Source: Selaginella moellendorffii (Eukaryota; Plantae; Lycopodiophyta). From it: a DNA stretch of 64,000 bases. The position numbers and the translations under genes were made by a program. Location of the stretch: NCBI RefSeq assembly GCF_000143415.4, contig NW_003314276.1, forward strand, positions 943,135 to 1,007,134, read 5' to 3'. This document shows, piece after piece, positions 36,942 through 50,268 of the stretch. The notes beneath the pieces are model-generated. The model was not told the DNA's origin. It did not search any database and saw only the letters and a list, made by a program, of their open reading frames with translations. Each line of letters opens with the position of its first letter. Position 1 is the first letter of the stretch.

Positions 36942-37259
36942 GATAATCCAATCGCTACGCGGCAGCCCCAGATTCTAGGCCAGCGCCACATGCCTGCTGC
37001 ATTCTAGGGCAATCGGATGGAATTCCTGGCGGGCTGGAGGAGGAGATCCAAGGCGATCAGCTACAAGAACCCTAGAAGGAGAGAGCTCCCAGCTTACCGC
37101 GATTCATACCGTCCTATTTACCGCCTGGCGCATCGCTCGACTGAAAATAGACCAATGCGTGGGAGATTTTAGGGTTTCTCGTCAGAGAAGCTATCCACGT
37201 AATGTGCATACGTGTTGGCAGGAGAGTAAAACGCGCAGCGCTCCCATTTGAGGGAGGCG

Positions 37260-38080
37260 TTATCTGTTGCTTGTTGTCTCGAATCTATGTTCTAGCTTGT
37301 AGATCCCCACGGACTCGGCGGCTTTCTCGTCGTATTCCACGAACTCTCCATCGCTCAGATCGATGTTGGAGAATCTCGCCCCGGAATTCTGGAAGGAAAT
37401 CTGGAGTAGTGAGTGATCGATCGATCGAGCTCATAGCGCTAAATCCAAGTGAACTCTAGGAATCTTGGAAGAAAGAGCGATCTAAGTGATAACTCTAGAA
37501 ATCTTGGGAGAAAGAGTGAAGTTACTGACCAGGCCCTCGGCTTCCCAAAGGCTGCTGCTGTTACACGAGAACTCCACGGGCTCCATGCCCCGGCAATCGA
37601 AACACATGACCGGGACGAACTTGCCGGATTCGCTGTCTTCCAGAGTGTAAGGCTTGTTCTTGCCATCCACCAGCGAGATCGTCCCGGTTTTCTTGCAAAG
37701 TTTACACTGCATCAAGCGAGAAAGCCGATCAAATCCTTGAGAGACTTCTTCTCTTGCTTTGCCAAGAACAATCCAATCAAAGAAATTTCCACTGCTTACT
37801 TTCTGGACCAAGTTTGCAGTTCCCCGGCTGTTAGGAACCTCCACAACGTCTGCCGCCGAGACGCCACTGTGCTTCTCGCTCATCGTGCCACAGCTCCCAC
37901 ATTGGACCTATTACACGAATCGATCGATCGATCGGAAAATTCCATGAGCACTCGCGATCGGCTCAAGAATCTCAAAAATGCGACGCAAACCTTGAAGAAG
38001 AAGGTGAAATTCGGGCCCTGCGGCACCAGATTCGTGAGATTCTCGAGCTCCGCCTTGATCTTGAGAAGCAGGAACACCAT
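37260..38080 (-). CDS. CXXC-motif zinc-binding protein (DUF866/C1orf123 family), 4 exons
   Basis: MVFLLLKIKAELENLT, FFKVQCGSCG, SRGTANLVQKCKLC, FDCRGMEPVEF, EFVEYDEK. Confidence 0.92.
37452..37525. repeat. Two ~39-bp tandem units inside the last DUF866 intron
   Basis: AACTCTAG.AATCTTGG.AGAAAGAG.GA occurs twice. Confidence 0.8.
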
Positions 38081-38199
38081 CCCTAGCCCTTGCCCTAAAA
38101 ACACAGAGCACAAAATCTTCGACCGTCCGATATAGGGCTCCTCGTTATAGGGTTGTTCTTCGGCGGAGTGGAGGCGGCGGCTGACACTGGGCGGTCGCG

Positions 38200-38896
38200 A
38201 TGGGGCGCATGCACACACCCGGGTAAAAGCTCCTCCTCCTCCTCCTCGCGCACGCGATCTCACCTCTCAAATCCTCTTCCAGAAAGGGTATTTCATCCTC
38301 GGCTCTGCCTTACAAGAGAACGGCCCCGAGCTGGCTCAAAACCTCATCACAGGAGGTACTTCCATCGATTGAGCTGCAAGAAATCACTGAAATCGCCTTC
38401 CACAGGTTGAGGAGCAAATCTGCAAGCTTGCGAAGAAGGGTCTCACTCCTTCCCAGATCGGTGTAATCCTCCGGGATTCCCATGGCATCGCCCAGGTCAA
38501 AATGCTCACAGGCAGCAAAATCTTGCGCATTCTCAAAGGCCACGGTAAGCCAAATCTTTTTCTTCTTTTTCGTGTGCTCACTCGCGAAATTCGTTTCCAG
38601 GATTGGGCCCAGAGATCCCGGAAGACTTGTACTACCTGATCAAAAAGGCCGTGGCTGTTCGCAAGCATCTGGAGCGAAACCGGAAGGACAAGGACTCCAA
38701 GTTCCGCCTCATCCTCATCGAGAGCAGAGTCCACCGCCTCGCAAGATACTACAAGAGGACCAAGAAGCTCCCTCCAACCTGGAAGTAGTGAGTGTTCTTT
38801 TCTCTCTCGTTCTAGCTCTATCTCCAGAAACTTACCTTGATCTTACGTGTTGATCTTGGCAGTGAATCCGCAACCGCGAACACTTTGGTGGCTTAG
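38200..38896 (+). CDS. RPS13: 40S ribosomal protein S13 (uS15), 5 exons
   Basis: [67 protein letters not shown]. Confidence 0.98.
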
Positions 38897-39559
38897 ACTC
38901 AAGCTTTAAAAGCGAGCTCGTCGACTGTGATCTTCGAGCTCTTCTGTTTTGGATTAGAGTTTTCATTTCGAACTAATCTTCTCAGAGCTTCTTTTGTGTC
39001 AGCCATGAATGTAGGAAGAAAGTCGCTAGAAGTATAAGGCATCACAATCGTGGTGCGAGCTCGTCGACAGTGATCTTAGAGCTCTTTGTGTTTTGGAAGA
39101 GGCTTCTCGTTTGTAACTTGCTAGAAGTATAAGGAATTCCAATCGTGGTAATTAATTTTACACACAATGCTGCTAAGTGTACATGGTCTTTTAATCTCTC
39201 TTTCATATGTATAGTACCCCTGAGGAGTCCAGGGATGGATTGGATAATTTGGATTGCAATCCAGTCCTCTAAAACTCCCCGGTAGTACGTCGAGCCACCG
39301 CAGCAGCAGCTACAAGAAGAAAAAAAGAAAGAACAGAAGAAAAGCAAGCCAGAAATGAAGAGAACGAGACAAAAGCCGGACCACCTTCCACTTTTTCGTT
39401 CCATCTCGTGTTTGGATCTTCGCTGGATGGATGACTGCTTGATTGGTTGATTGATTGATGCTGGGAGTGTTGGTGTTGTTGATTCATCTTTGGTGTTGTC
39501 TAGAGCTGATGTTGAGTATCTATCGGATCGTCGACTGATCGTATCGTTTCGATGATCTC

Positions 39560-40780
39560 CTACTTGGCTGCCTTCCTCGCAGCTTTCTTGGCGGGCGATC
39601 CAACTTTCTTTGCAACCTTCTTCGGAGCGCCGGCCTTCTTCGCCTTGGCCGCTGCCGGCACGGCTTTCGATTTGGATGCCCGCGTCGCGACCTTCTTCGC
39701 GGGAGATTTGGCCTTGGCCGGGCTCGTCTTGGCCTTTTTGGCAGCAGCAACCTTCTGCTTCTTCGCGGGAGAAGCCACCTTCTTGGCGGCGGAGCTCGAC
39801 GCTGCTCGCTTCTTGGATGCCACTGTCGAGGCGAGCGCTGGCTGATCCGACGATGAAGCCGCCGCCGCCGCTGCTGCCGATGATCCCCTTCTCGTCACTG
39901 ACTTCGCCGCAGCTGCCTTCTTCGCAACTGGTTTCTTCTTGATCACCTTGCTCGCCTTGAGCGATGCCGGAGTGGGGGAAGAGGTGGAAGCCACAGCTTT
40001 GCCTTTCCTCATCGGCTGCTGCTTCCTCGGAGAAGCTACAGCTTTGGGCTTCCTGGCCTTGGAAGCACCACTAACCTTCGCCACCTTCTTCTCCTTTGTC
40101 TCGGATGGTTTCTTCTTGGCAGCGGCCGCGACCTTCGGCTTGGGAGCTGGCGCTGCCTCCGCTGGAGCTGGCTTTGGAACGCCCGATCCAACCTTGAAGG
40201 AGCCTTTGATCTTCGTGAGCTTGCCCTTCTCGGTGAGGTTCCGGAGCTGGATGAGCAGCGTCTTCTTGTAAGTCGGGGGCAGCTCGTAATTGTCATCGAG
40301 AAACTTGGCGATGGCGTACTGGCTGGATCCACCCCTCTCCTTGAGCGTCGAGATGGCCTCCATTATCATCTGGAAAACAAAAGCGCGATCCATGAGCTCT
40401 AGAACACGATCCTCTTCTGCTCGTAACCAACCAAGAACATTTTTCTTGACGCTTACCTCGAGATATGGCGGATGTGTGGATTGCGCTCTCGCCGCCCTCG
40501 GCTTGGGATTGCTCTTCGCCTTCGCCGCTACTGGCGCCTTGGCGGCCGCTGTGCTCGCCGCTGCCTTCTTCCGAGGAGCGGCCGCGGCCTTCTTCCCTTT
40601 CTTCCTTCCTTTCTTCGGCTTCTCTCCCTTAGCCGACGCATCCTCGCCATCGCCAGCGCCTTGCTCGCCCTCGCCGCTGGATTTCTCCTCTCCGGCCGCA
40701 GGAGGATCCACTGCTTCCGGCTCCGCCTCGGGGATTTCCTTCGCCTCCGCCGTCCCTACGGGAACCTCGGCCTCTGCCAT
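39560..40780 (-). CDS. Linker histone H1 (~377 aa), one intron at 40370-40456
   Basis: Globular domain HPPYLE|MIMEAISTLKERGGSSQYAIAKF...KLTKIKGSFK. Lys/Ala/Pro-rich tail with SPAKK motifs. Confidence 0.95.
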   Translation of the reverse strand: MAEAEVPVGTAEAKEIPEAEPEAVDPPAAGEEKSSGEGEQGAGDGEDASAKGEKPKKGRKKGKKAAAAPRKKAAASTAAAKAPVAAKAKSNPKPRAARAQSTHPPYLEVSVKKNVLGWLRAEEDRVLELMDRAFVFQMIMEAISTLKERGGSSQYAIAKFLDDNYELPPTYKKTLLIQLRNLTEKGKLTKIKGSFKVGSGVPKPAPAEAAPAPKPKVAAAAKKKPSETKEKKVAKVSGASKARKPKAVASPRKQQPMRKGKAVASTSSPTPASLKASKVIKKKPVAKKAAAAKSVTRRGSSAAAAAAASSSDQPALASTVASKKRAASSSAAKKVASPAKKQKVAAAKKAKTSPAKAKSPAKKVATRASKSKAVPAAAKAKKAGAPKKVAKKVGSPAKKAARKAAK

Positions 40781-40999
40781 CTCTCCAAAATATGTCGATC
40801 GATCGATCACACGAATGGAATGGAAACCTAGCCTCTGAGGAGAGGCTGGAGAGCAATTGATCGAACTAAACCTAGGCTAGACCTCTCTTCCTCCAAGAAA
40901 CCTGGAAGCCGCGCGCGCGCTCGCGAAGTTAATCTCCAAGCTATGGCGTCTTGCTTTTCTCTCTTTTTTGTTTTTTAGAAGGCTTTGGTGACTGGCATT

Positions 41000-41028
41000 T
41001 GATTGGCTGCCGGGGCCTGGCGCGGATC
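41000..41028 (-). promoter_or_regulatory. Plant histone octamer plus CCAAT composite element upstream of H1
   Basis: Minus strand reads GATCCGCG-N14-CCAATCA about 220 bp upstream of the H1 ATG. An MSA-like CCAACGG lies at ~41067. Confidence 0.75.
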
Positions 41029-42400
41029 GAGCAAATTGAATTGAGGCCGTGCGATGTGACCCACAGCCAACGGTGGGGATCTTCTGTGGCCCTCGGATTG
41101 AAGGTTATGTGTTTTTTCTTTGAGTTTGCGCTGCGATTTCTCGGTGCAGGATTATCCGATTGACATGCCGATTGGTTTGATGGAAAGAGAATGATCTTGG
41201 CTTTGAAACGATGCCTGGATCTTCGGAATGTATGGAGTGCAGCTGCCGCAATTCTCCGATAAAGCGTGGGTGGTCAGGCTGAGGAGTGGTCCTCTGTTTT
41301 GAACCTTGAACCGGCGTGAGACGAATAGCAAATGTAGATCCGGCTGGAAAGATCGGCTCCATAGCACTGAATGAATTTCAAATGACTTCTCAGCAAGTCC
41401 ATTATCTATAACTTCAAGAACATGTTATGGAAGATCAACGCATGTCCATTGGTTCCCACAGAAACTATCCATTTTCACCTTTGTTATCACGTAGAGTGTA
41501 AAACTTCCTCAAGAGCACGCAAGAACATCTACAGAAAACAATAGCTGCTTGTTTCCTGAAAGTTTATCGGCAGGGTGGTGGCTAGCTCTTAGTTTCCTAC
41601 TTTGGTTTGAGGGATTTAATTGGCAATCACCCAGTAACTCGCACAGCAGCATGTTACAGGATGTCATCTAATGGCAGCACAAATTCCTTCTCCTAAGCTT
41701 TGTTTAATGAAGATTGCTTGCAACAAACTGTTCACAACACAATTATCCTTAAATGAGCTGACTTTCTTGATCCACTAGATCAACATTGTGAAACTGTATG
41801 CAAATCAACATTTTGTTATATTGCCAGGTTAGGATGTAAAAACTACAATATAGTGGTTTTCCCCGAGCTTTAGCTTGCTAACTTGTCTCTCCCTCCTCCA
41901 GTTGATGGTATACAGCATGTATGTTACATTCTCTGCTCTGTTTCCAGAAGGAATACATAGACTGTTCCCCATCCTGTGGTTTTGGGAATGGCATATAAAT
42001 TCCCACTCCATGGTATAGTAATAGTGCATGTATGATTGGGGTCTTGATGCTTCCAATTCTATTTCCATATTGTTTTGATCCAGTTTTGAAATATCTTAGA
42101 ATTGAAATTTAATATATTATGATCTGTTGTCTTTGGTTTATATACAAGCATATAATTTATCTTTTTTGATTGATTTTCCCTAGCTTTTCTTTGCACATAT
42201 ACGTATCAAGCAGAAGCTACTGTACAGAGACACAAAAGCTCTAGTGACATGAAGCTCTGCGACTTTTAACAAGGGCTCAAGAAGAAAAAAAGAAAAAAAG
42301 AAAAAAGTTCTAGATATCAGCAAATTCTAAAGTCTAACTCTGATAAGATTTTATCTTTTGATTGCACCTTCGACCGGCTAGCATCTCACTCTCCAAATTC

Positions 42401-45273
42401 GTGGTGGTGGATTGTGGAAGCCGGAACTCAATGATCAACATATCTGCCCTAAGTGTCTGAGCCGGTTTAAAATTGTGGTTTCTCTCAAAGAATAGTCACT
42501 ATAATACTTGCCTTCGCCTGCAATGTATCTTGGGGCAAAAACTTTGTTCATTTTCGTGGAACTCACTTTGATGTCCGGGCAAATCCATGAAAACTTCCCT
42601 GGTAGGGGTAGTTCGTGGTGTTTCAGAGACACTCACTTGTCCATGACATCCTTCTAGTGTTTTAGAGTCTGGTTATACACACGGGACATTTTTTCTCTGA
42701 CCAAACAGATGCTCTGATGAAAGCCAGATGGAAATTGAGCGAAGCTCCAACGCTATGATGTTACATTTGAGATGGTAATGCCAATTGATCGGCAACTTGC
42801 TCCCGAAAGTCGTCCAAGATCGCTTTCACGTCCGTGTCCTGCATCAGGAAGCATTGCCATGCATGCACGATATATATAAAGTAGGCATACATTGGTAAAT
42901 ATCGAGTGGATATTTTGGTTGGCCAATGGGTTGTGGACACAGCTGGATGCTTGAGGGCTCATTGCCACTCTGGGTCACGCTAGCAGTGCTGGCCTCCGGC
43001 CGATTAAAATTCCAAATCAGGAATTCATTTTAGGATTCAATTGTGCTGGATTGCTAGTAGTTTTTCCTTCTGCATACTGCCTCTGATCGGCTCTAGAATT
43101 AAATGAGAGATCACTTTGGAGATTTACAATGTTCTATTTTTCCCACTCTCAGGATCGTCCAAGAGCTATGGCAGGAAATCAGTTTAGTCTCAAGATTCAG
43201 TAACAGTGGATTCCATTTTTTGTGGATTGAATTTTTCTCACAGCAGTTGTAGGAGGCAGTCTTGCTGCTCCATTGCGAAACAATTGCAGCAGGTGGCAGC
43301 CATGATAACCTAAGCTGATTGAAATTCCAAAGCCTCTACCAAAGTCAAGGGGTCTAGATTGATATGTCTAGAGGTTTTAGTGTAGCTATGGGTAAATTCG
43401 TGAGTACAAAAGATCACTCAATTTCTTGACATTGGTTACTAAGGCTCTGGAAAGTTGGAAATTTAGTAATACCTTCTTCTTTTTTCCACAATTTTTTCAA
43501 GATTGTGTTTTTGAGGGCCACAGTGGGAAAATAGTAGTTACAATGCCATATATTAATACTAGTGTAGTGGGATTTTGGTAGTTGTTGAATTGTTTTCAAT
43601 TTGGACCATTCGCTCTTGTATATAAACTAGGGTTTTTTGGGTTAATTAATATGCATATTTTCTATATTCCTTTTCCATATTCTATACACTCACATTAGTG
43701 GAGGTGAGGGGCTATCTTTGAGGAGTGCTTAAATTTAGGATTTTGGTTTAAATCTAACTTTTGCATTATTAAGATTTAACTTTTTCCATTTCCTTTCTTT
43801 TGTTATTTCCTTTTAGGAGTTTGGTTTTTTCATTGTGGTGGTGGTGGATTGTGGAAGCCGGAACTCAATGATCAACATATCTGCCCTAAGTGTCTGAGCC
43901 GGTTTAAAATTGTGGTTTCTCTCAAAGAATAGTCACTATAATACTTGCCTTCGCCTGCAATGTATCTTGGGGCAAAAACTTTGTTCATTTTCGTGGAACT
44001 CACTTTGATGTCCGGGCAAATCTATGAAAACTTCCCTGGTAGGGGTAGTTCGTGGTGTTTCAGAGACACTCACTTGTCCATGACATCCTTCTAGTGTTTT
44101 AGAGTCTGGTTATACACACGGGACATTTTTTCTCTGACCAAACAGATGCTCTGATGAAAGCCAGATGGAAATTGAGCGAAGCTCCAACGCTATGATGTTA
44201 CATTTGAGATGGTAATGCCAATTGATCGGCAACTTGCTCCCGAAAGTCGTCCAAGATCGCTTTCACGTCCGTGTCCTGCATCAGGAAGCATTGCCATGCA
44301 TGCACGATATATATAAAGTAGGCATACATTGGTAAATATCGAGTGGATATTTTGGTTGGCCAATGGGTTGTGGACACAGCTGGATGCTTGAGGGCTCATT
44401 GCCACTCTGGGTCACGCTAGCAGTGCTGGCCTCCGGCCGATTAAAATTCCAAATCAGGAATTCATTTTAGGATTCAATTGTGCTGGATTGCTAGTAGTTT
44501 TTCCTTCTGCATACTGCCTCTGATCGGCTCTAGAATTAAATGAGAGATCACTTTGGAGATTTACAATGTTCTATTTTTCCCACTCTCAGGATCGTCCAAG
44601 AGCTATGGCAGGAAATCAGTTTAGTCTCAAGATTCAGTAACAGTGGATTCCATTTTTTGTGGATTGAATTTTTCTCACAGCAGTTGTAGGAGGCAGTCTT
44701 GCTGCTCCATTGCGAAACAATTGCAGCAGGTGGCAGCCATGATAACCTAAGCTGATTGAAATTCCAAAGCCTCTACCAAAGTCAAGGGGTCTAGATTGAT
44801 ATGTCTAGAGGTTTTAGTGTAGCTATGGGTAAATTCGTGAGTACAAAAGATCACTCAATTTCTTGACATTGGTTACTAAGGCTCTGGAAAGTTGGAAATT
44901 TAGTAATACCTTCTTCTTTTTTCCACAATTTTTTCAAGATTGTGTTTTTGAGGGCCACAGTGGGAAAATAGTAGTTACAATGCCATATATTAATACTAGT
45001 GTAGTGGGATTTTGGTAGTTGTTGAATTGTTTTCAATTTGGACCATTCGCTCTTGTATATAAACTAGGGTTTTTTGGGTTAATTAATATGCATATTTTCT
45101 ATATTCCTTTTCCATATTCTATACACTCACATTAGTGGAGGTGAGGGGCTATCTTTGAGGAGTGCTTAAATTTAGGATTTTGGTTTAAATCTAACTTTTG
45201 CATTATTAAGATTTAACTTTTTCCATTTCCTTTCTTTTGTTATTTCCTTTTAGGAGTTTGGTTTTTTCATTGT
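42401..45273. repeat. Near-perfect tandem duplication, period 1,437 bp (42401-43836; 43838-45273)
   Basis: Identical ORF pairs (42753/44190, 43414/44851). Only one substitution noticed (AAATCCATG vs AAATCTATG). Confidence 0.95.
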
Positions 45274-48200
45274 CTAAATCTCCCTTTCCTTTTAATTTTT
45301 TCTCATTTCTTTTTTTTTACTCTTTCTTTTTCATTCATTTTCATGGTAGAGCAGTAGTCTCCTCCTCTTTTGACTCTGGAGTAGCAGTTGGTGCATTTGC
45401 AATTAAACAACCAAACTCAATTGATGGTGGCATTTATGGCACGTGGTACAACTCCTCTTGCTCTTGGTGCTAATCCTCGTGTTTGGCCGGAGTTCTTTCG
45501 TGGGAATCCTGGGAATGATGTGTACTATTGGTTTGATTATTTCATGGTGATTGCCACATATCATTCTTGGGATGATGCTCAACGTTTGCATGAGTTTCCC
45601 ACGTGTCTCCAAAGGACGGCGTGTTGCAGTGGTACAATAGTTTAAGCATAGCCACTCGTGGGGATTGGAGTGTTCTTCCATGTGTTTTCAAACGCACATT
45701 CGGACATGCTAATGATTATAATGANNNNNNNNNNNNNNNNNNNNNNNNNNNNNNNNNNNNNNNNNNNNNNNNNNNNNNNNNNNNNNNNNNNNNNNNNNNN
45801 NNNNNNNNNNNNNNNNNNNNNNNNACATTGCATCATCTTCGTCAGGGCTATCTGAGTTAGTGATGCAATTTAGCATCCATTTCCAAGCCTTTTGCTTCGT
45901 GTGGAGCCAAATACATCAGAGCTAATCAAGCTAGGAATGTTGTGGCTAGCACTTCGTCAAAATCTTATCTGACTTGTGCATGCATTTGCTCCAGCCACCT
46001 TTGATAATACTCTTCGCTAGGCATAACGTTATGAAACGTTGCCTCTTCCACTTCTCGTTGCACGTCCTTCCGCTCCACTTCATGTAAGTGATGGTCTTGT
46101 TCCCATGAAGGTTGATGCTGCTGCTACTCGAGTCTAAGGACAAGGGCAAGGACGTGGTCGTGGCCGCGATGTTCGCTGTTAGGCATATGATAAAGTTGGT
46201 CACACTTATCGACATTGTTAGTATTTTCCGAATTGGCAACCTCCATTTTTTGGGTGGAGACCTTGTTGTCAACAACGTCTTGTTGGTCCTGTTGTAGTGG
46301 AAGGTCTGAACACCGAGATACATTTGGGAAACAAGGAGTTGTGTGAGTAATGGAGGGACCTTGCACGAATAAGTCAGTGACCCCTCCATCTTTCTTTCGA
46401 GAGTATTATCAAGGGGTTCACTCGGCACCAATTCATTCAGTATTTACTTTCCAAGCTCGTTTTTATAACAAGAGTTCTTTTATTATTCTTTCTGTATTGG
46501 TTGATACATGTTCAAGTTTATCTTCTATTGCTCAACTTATTGCCACATGTTGCCATTTACACTTGCATCGTGTGGTAGAGACAATTTTCATTTATTATGG
46601 CAACCGCTGTACACATGCATGTGCAAGGGATGAGGCAAACCTAGTTGTGCGTGTGGCAGATCTTGAGCTTGGGTTATAGTCATTGAGGGTGGTGCCGAGT
46701 CAAGCTTTTAACCTCATTCTTGGTATAGATTAGTTGTAGTGCAATTATGCCAAGTATAACTTTGAGACTTCTCCCCCTTGTTTCATACTTCTTTATATTT
46801 CATTTGTTCCTTTCACTTCTGTACCTCTTCGTCCCTCTTCTTCTACCTCTGCTTTGATTACTTTTGTTTCCCCACTATTTCTTCCTATGTTTCCATTTTG
46901 TTTTGCTCTTCCCTTTTCTGATCCCTTTGACAATCTTTGTATTGCAGCAGTTGACTGGTTTATGAAAGAGTATGCCAATCTCTTTGAATTTGATCTATTG
47001 TTTAGGGCCAAAATTGCCATACGTCATCCAATTCCAATCGGGGATGCTCATCCAATCAAGGTTCCTGTTCGTCATTAGTCACCGAAAGAAATCAAGATTT
47101 TATATGCAAATGTCAAGAAAATGTTGGAAAAGGGTGTTATTCTTATTATGTAAGTTGTGGAGTACTTGGGCATGTGAACCTCATCTTGTGACAAAGCCTG
47201 ATGGGAGTATTCATTTTTGCATTAACTATTGTCCATTAAATGAAGTGACAATTCCAAATGTGTACCTTCTTCTTCACACTATTGATCTCTTGGATCATCT
47301 GAGAAGAAGTTGTTGGTTCACCAAGCTAGATTTTGCTTCTGGGTAATGGCAAGTACCGATGGCTGAAGAAGATATTCCTAAGACTGTTTTTCGTACACTG
47401 TTTGGTTTATATGAGTTCTTGGTGATGCCGTTTGGTTTGAACAATGCTCCAACGACTTTCCATCAGATGATAGACGAGGTTCTTTGCGATATGCCAGAGA
47501 TAACTATTGACTTCATTGATGATATCTCAATCCACTCAGAGGGGATGTGGAAGGAACACATCTGTGATATTTGTAAAGTGTTGGATCAATTACGGGATGT
47601 GGGTTTAAAGCTAAAGCAGTCGAAGTGCGTGTTTGGGTCTAAGGACACAACTTATCTTGGGTACTATATTTCTCATGAGGGTTTGCAAGTTGATACTGAC
47701 AAACTTGTGGTTGTTCTAAAGTTCCCTACTTTAAAGTGTGTGAATGATGTGCAATGCTTCCTGGGCAAGGTGTAGTATCTCGTTCGTTTTGTGGATCATC
47801 TTTCTAATCACACTGCACTGCTATGAGTGTTGCTGAAGTCATCAACGTCATCTTTCATCTGGTCTCCAGATTGTGAATGGGCGTTCATGGGTCTTAAAGA
47901 AATATTAACGACTCCTTTGGTGTTAGCATATTCTGACTACACTTGACCTTTCATTTTGCACATGGATGCTTCTGATATTGGTCTTGAAGGTGAGTTGATG
48001 CAAGAGAGCCCGAGTGTGCCTAGTCAGTGCTATCATATTACTTATATAAGCCGTACATTACAACCAATGGAGGTGAACTACTCCACGACAAAGAAAGAGT
48101 GTTTAGTAGCAGTTTGGGGTTTCGAAAAACTTTATGCATATCTATATGGTTCTTGAACGTTATTAAAAGGTGATCATGCTATCATTACTTCATTATTGAA

Positions 48201-50015
48201 GTGGAAAAACTTAGTTGGTCATACTGCTCAGTGAGCTTTGAAGTTTCAGATATATGATTTTGATGTTGTTCATCACCTAGGGAGTTCTATAGCTGATACT
48301 GATGCCCTTTCTTGAGCTCCTCCTCCTCCTTCGCTCTCTTCTCATGTTTTTGACAAACTTATTGTTCCAGCATCTATGGATTTTCTAGACAAAGATTCTG
48401 TGCCATTGGCAATTGTTGTACTTCATGTTCAATGTTCATAAGATGCAAAACAAGACTTACCTTCTCTTGATGAGGTTCGTGAGACTCAAAAGATTGAGTT
48501 GTGGATTCGAAGGCTTCGAGAAAGGTTTGAGAATCTTGCATCACTTACTAATGACTTGCCATTCCGGCATTTACATTCTCAATATCGCCTTGAAGACAGA
48601 CTTCTTTATTTTGTGGGATAGATCTTAATGATATTTTATAACTGGTGGTGCCTTCTATCTTTATTCTATGGTTTTTCCATGTTTACCATGATTCTCCTGT
48701 TCTAGGTGGGCATATAGGACATCATTGTGTGACCAAAAAGTTGCACAGATCTTTCTATTGGTCGGAGATATGACACAATGTTATCTGGTATGTGCGTAGT
48801 TATGTTTGGTGTTAAGCTCGTAATACTCCTCCTCGTGCTACAGATGGAGTCAATTGTAAATTCTCGTCCGTTTGAATTGGTGGCATTTGATTTTATGAGA
48901 CCTTTTCCACGATCGATTGTTGACAATAAGTATGTTATTATTGCTTCTGACTACTTGATTTGTTTGGTGGAAGTTGGTGCTTTTGCTAGCGCCTCTACAA
49001 CTACTGTTGGATACTTCCTCCTCAATCGAGTGGTGTTCTAGCATTCTTATCTAGAGCGGATTCTTTCGGATAATAGTCTCACATTTATAGCTGAGGCATT
49101 TCATGTTTTGATGTCTCGGTTGGGGATACGCCACACTTTCACATCTTATCATCCACAATCAGATGGTTTGGTGGAATAGCTTATTTGGATGTTCAAAGGG
49201 ATGATTGCAAAGTACGTGAATTTTCAGCATTCAAATTGGGATAGTTATTTGCTGTGTCTTCAGTATGCATATGTCATAGGGTGTAGAGTTCTATAAGTGT
49301 TTCACCATATAAACTCCTATATGGTCATGATCCAATATTACTAATGGAGCTGGGTTTACCTTCGCAATTGCCACAAGGTGCCGATGCTAGATCATGGGAT
49401 CAATATTTTACGAGCATTCTTCCACTTATCCAAGTAGAGTCTACTGAACACTTATGCCACGTACAAGTGGGACAATAATGGTGCTAGAACTCCCATCATT
49501 GTCCACTTGTGGAGTACAAAGTAAATGACTTGGTGTTAGTTTGTTTTCCCCATCTCACAGTACATGGTTTATCTAAAGGGCTCTTTGTTTAGTGGAAAGG
49601 ACCATATCAAGTGTTGCAGCAAGTTTGACCACAAATTTATGAGGTTTGGCATGTATTCAACAAGCCAATCCTTTAGAAATTATGCATGTGCAATGGTTGA
49701 AACACTTTGTACAAAGGGATCAAGAACAGTTAATACCACCTATAGATCTACCAATGCCTCCTCCTAATATTCCTCTAGATCCCGGCCCATCTATAAGAGA
49801 ATCTTGATGGTCTTCCATTATTCTGAGATGAGGGGATGATGTGAGGTCCAAGTGTATGGCTATGATACCATATATTAATATTAGCGTAGTGGGATTTTGG
49901 TAGCCGTCAGGTTGGTTTCAATCCAGACCACTCACTCCTATATATAAGCTAGGGTTTTTGGGCTAATTAATATGCATATTTTCTATATTCCCTTTCCATA
50001 TTCCATGCACTCACA
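44948..50015 (+). mobile_element. Decayed near-full-length Ty3/gypsy retrotransposon with short (~180 bp) LTRs
   Basis: 5' LTR ends CACTCACA at 45131, followed by PBS-like TAGTGGAGGTGAGGGG (tRNA-Ala-like). Gag and Zn-knuckle remnants, protease LVDT, RT (MPFGLNNAP, FIDD), RNase H (DAS), integrase. PPT GAGATGAGGGGATGA precedes the 3' LTR at 49840-50015. Spans an N gap; no TSD seen. Confidence 0.85.
45725..45824. other. Assembly gap (100 N)
   Basis: Direct. Confidence 1.
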
Positions 50016-50268
50016 TAGGAAAAATCTCAAGATGTTATAGAATGGTCACTACAAAATATATTTCATCCTCCATTCTAACTTCATTCTAAGAAAATTCTTT
50101 TAAATATTTAATTCTTTTATATTTCCTCATGCCTCTTTTACAGCCTTATTAAATGCTTCTTTTATGCCACCATAAACCATAACATCCTTTTCAATTCCAA
50201 GTTTCAAACTCTAAATTATCAAACTTTAAATTTTCAAACTCCATTCTCTTGAATTTCAATTATCAGCT

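Noticed and set aside
42710-42745. Hammerhead ribozyme core (CTGATGA...GAAA)
   Set aside because: The intervening bases cannot form stem II and no flanking stems were found.
41200-42900. Protein-like fragments on the minus strand
   Set aside because: Frequent stops and no recognisable family, so no gene call can be supported.
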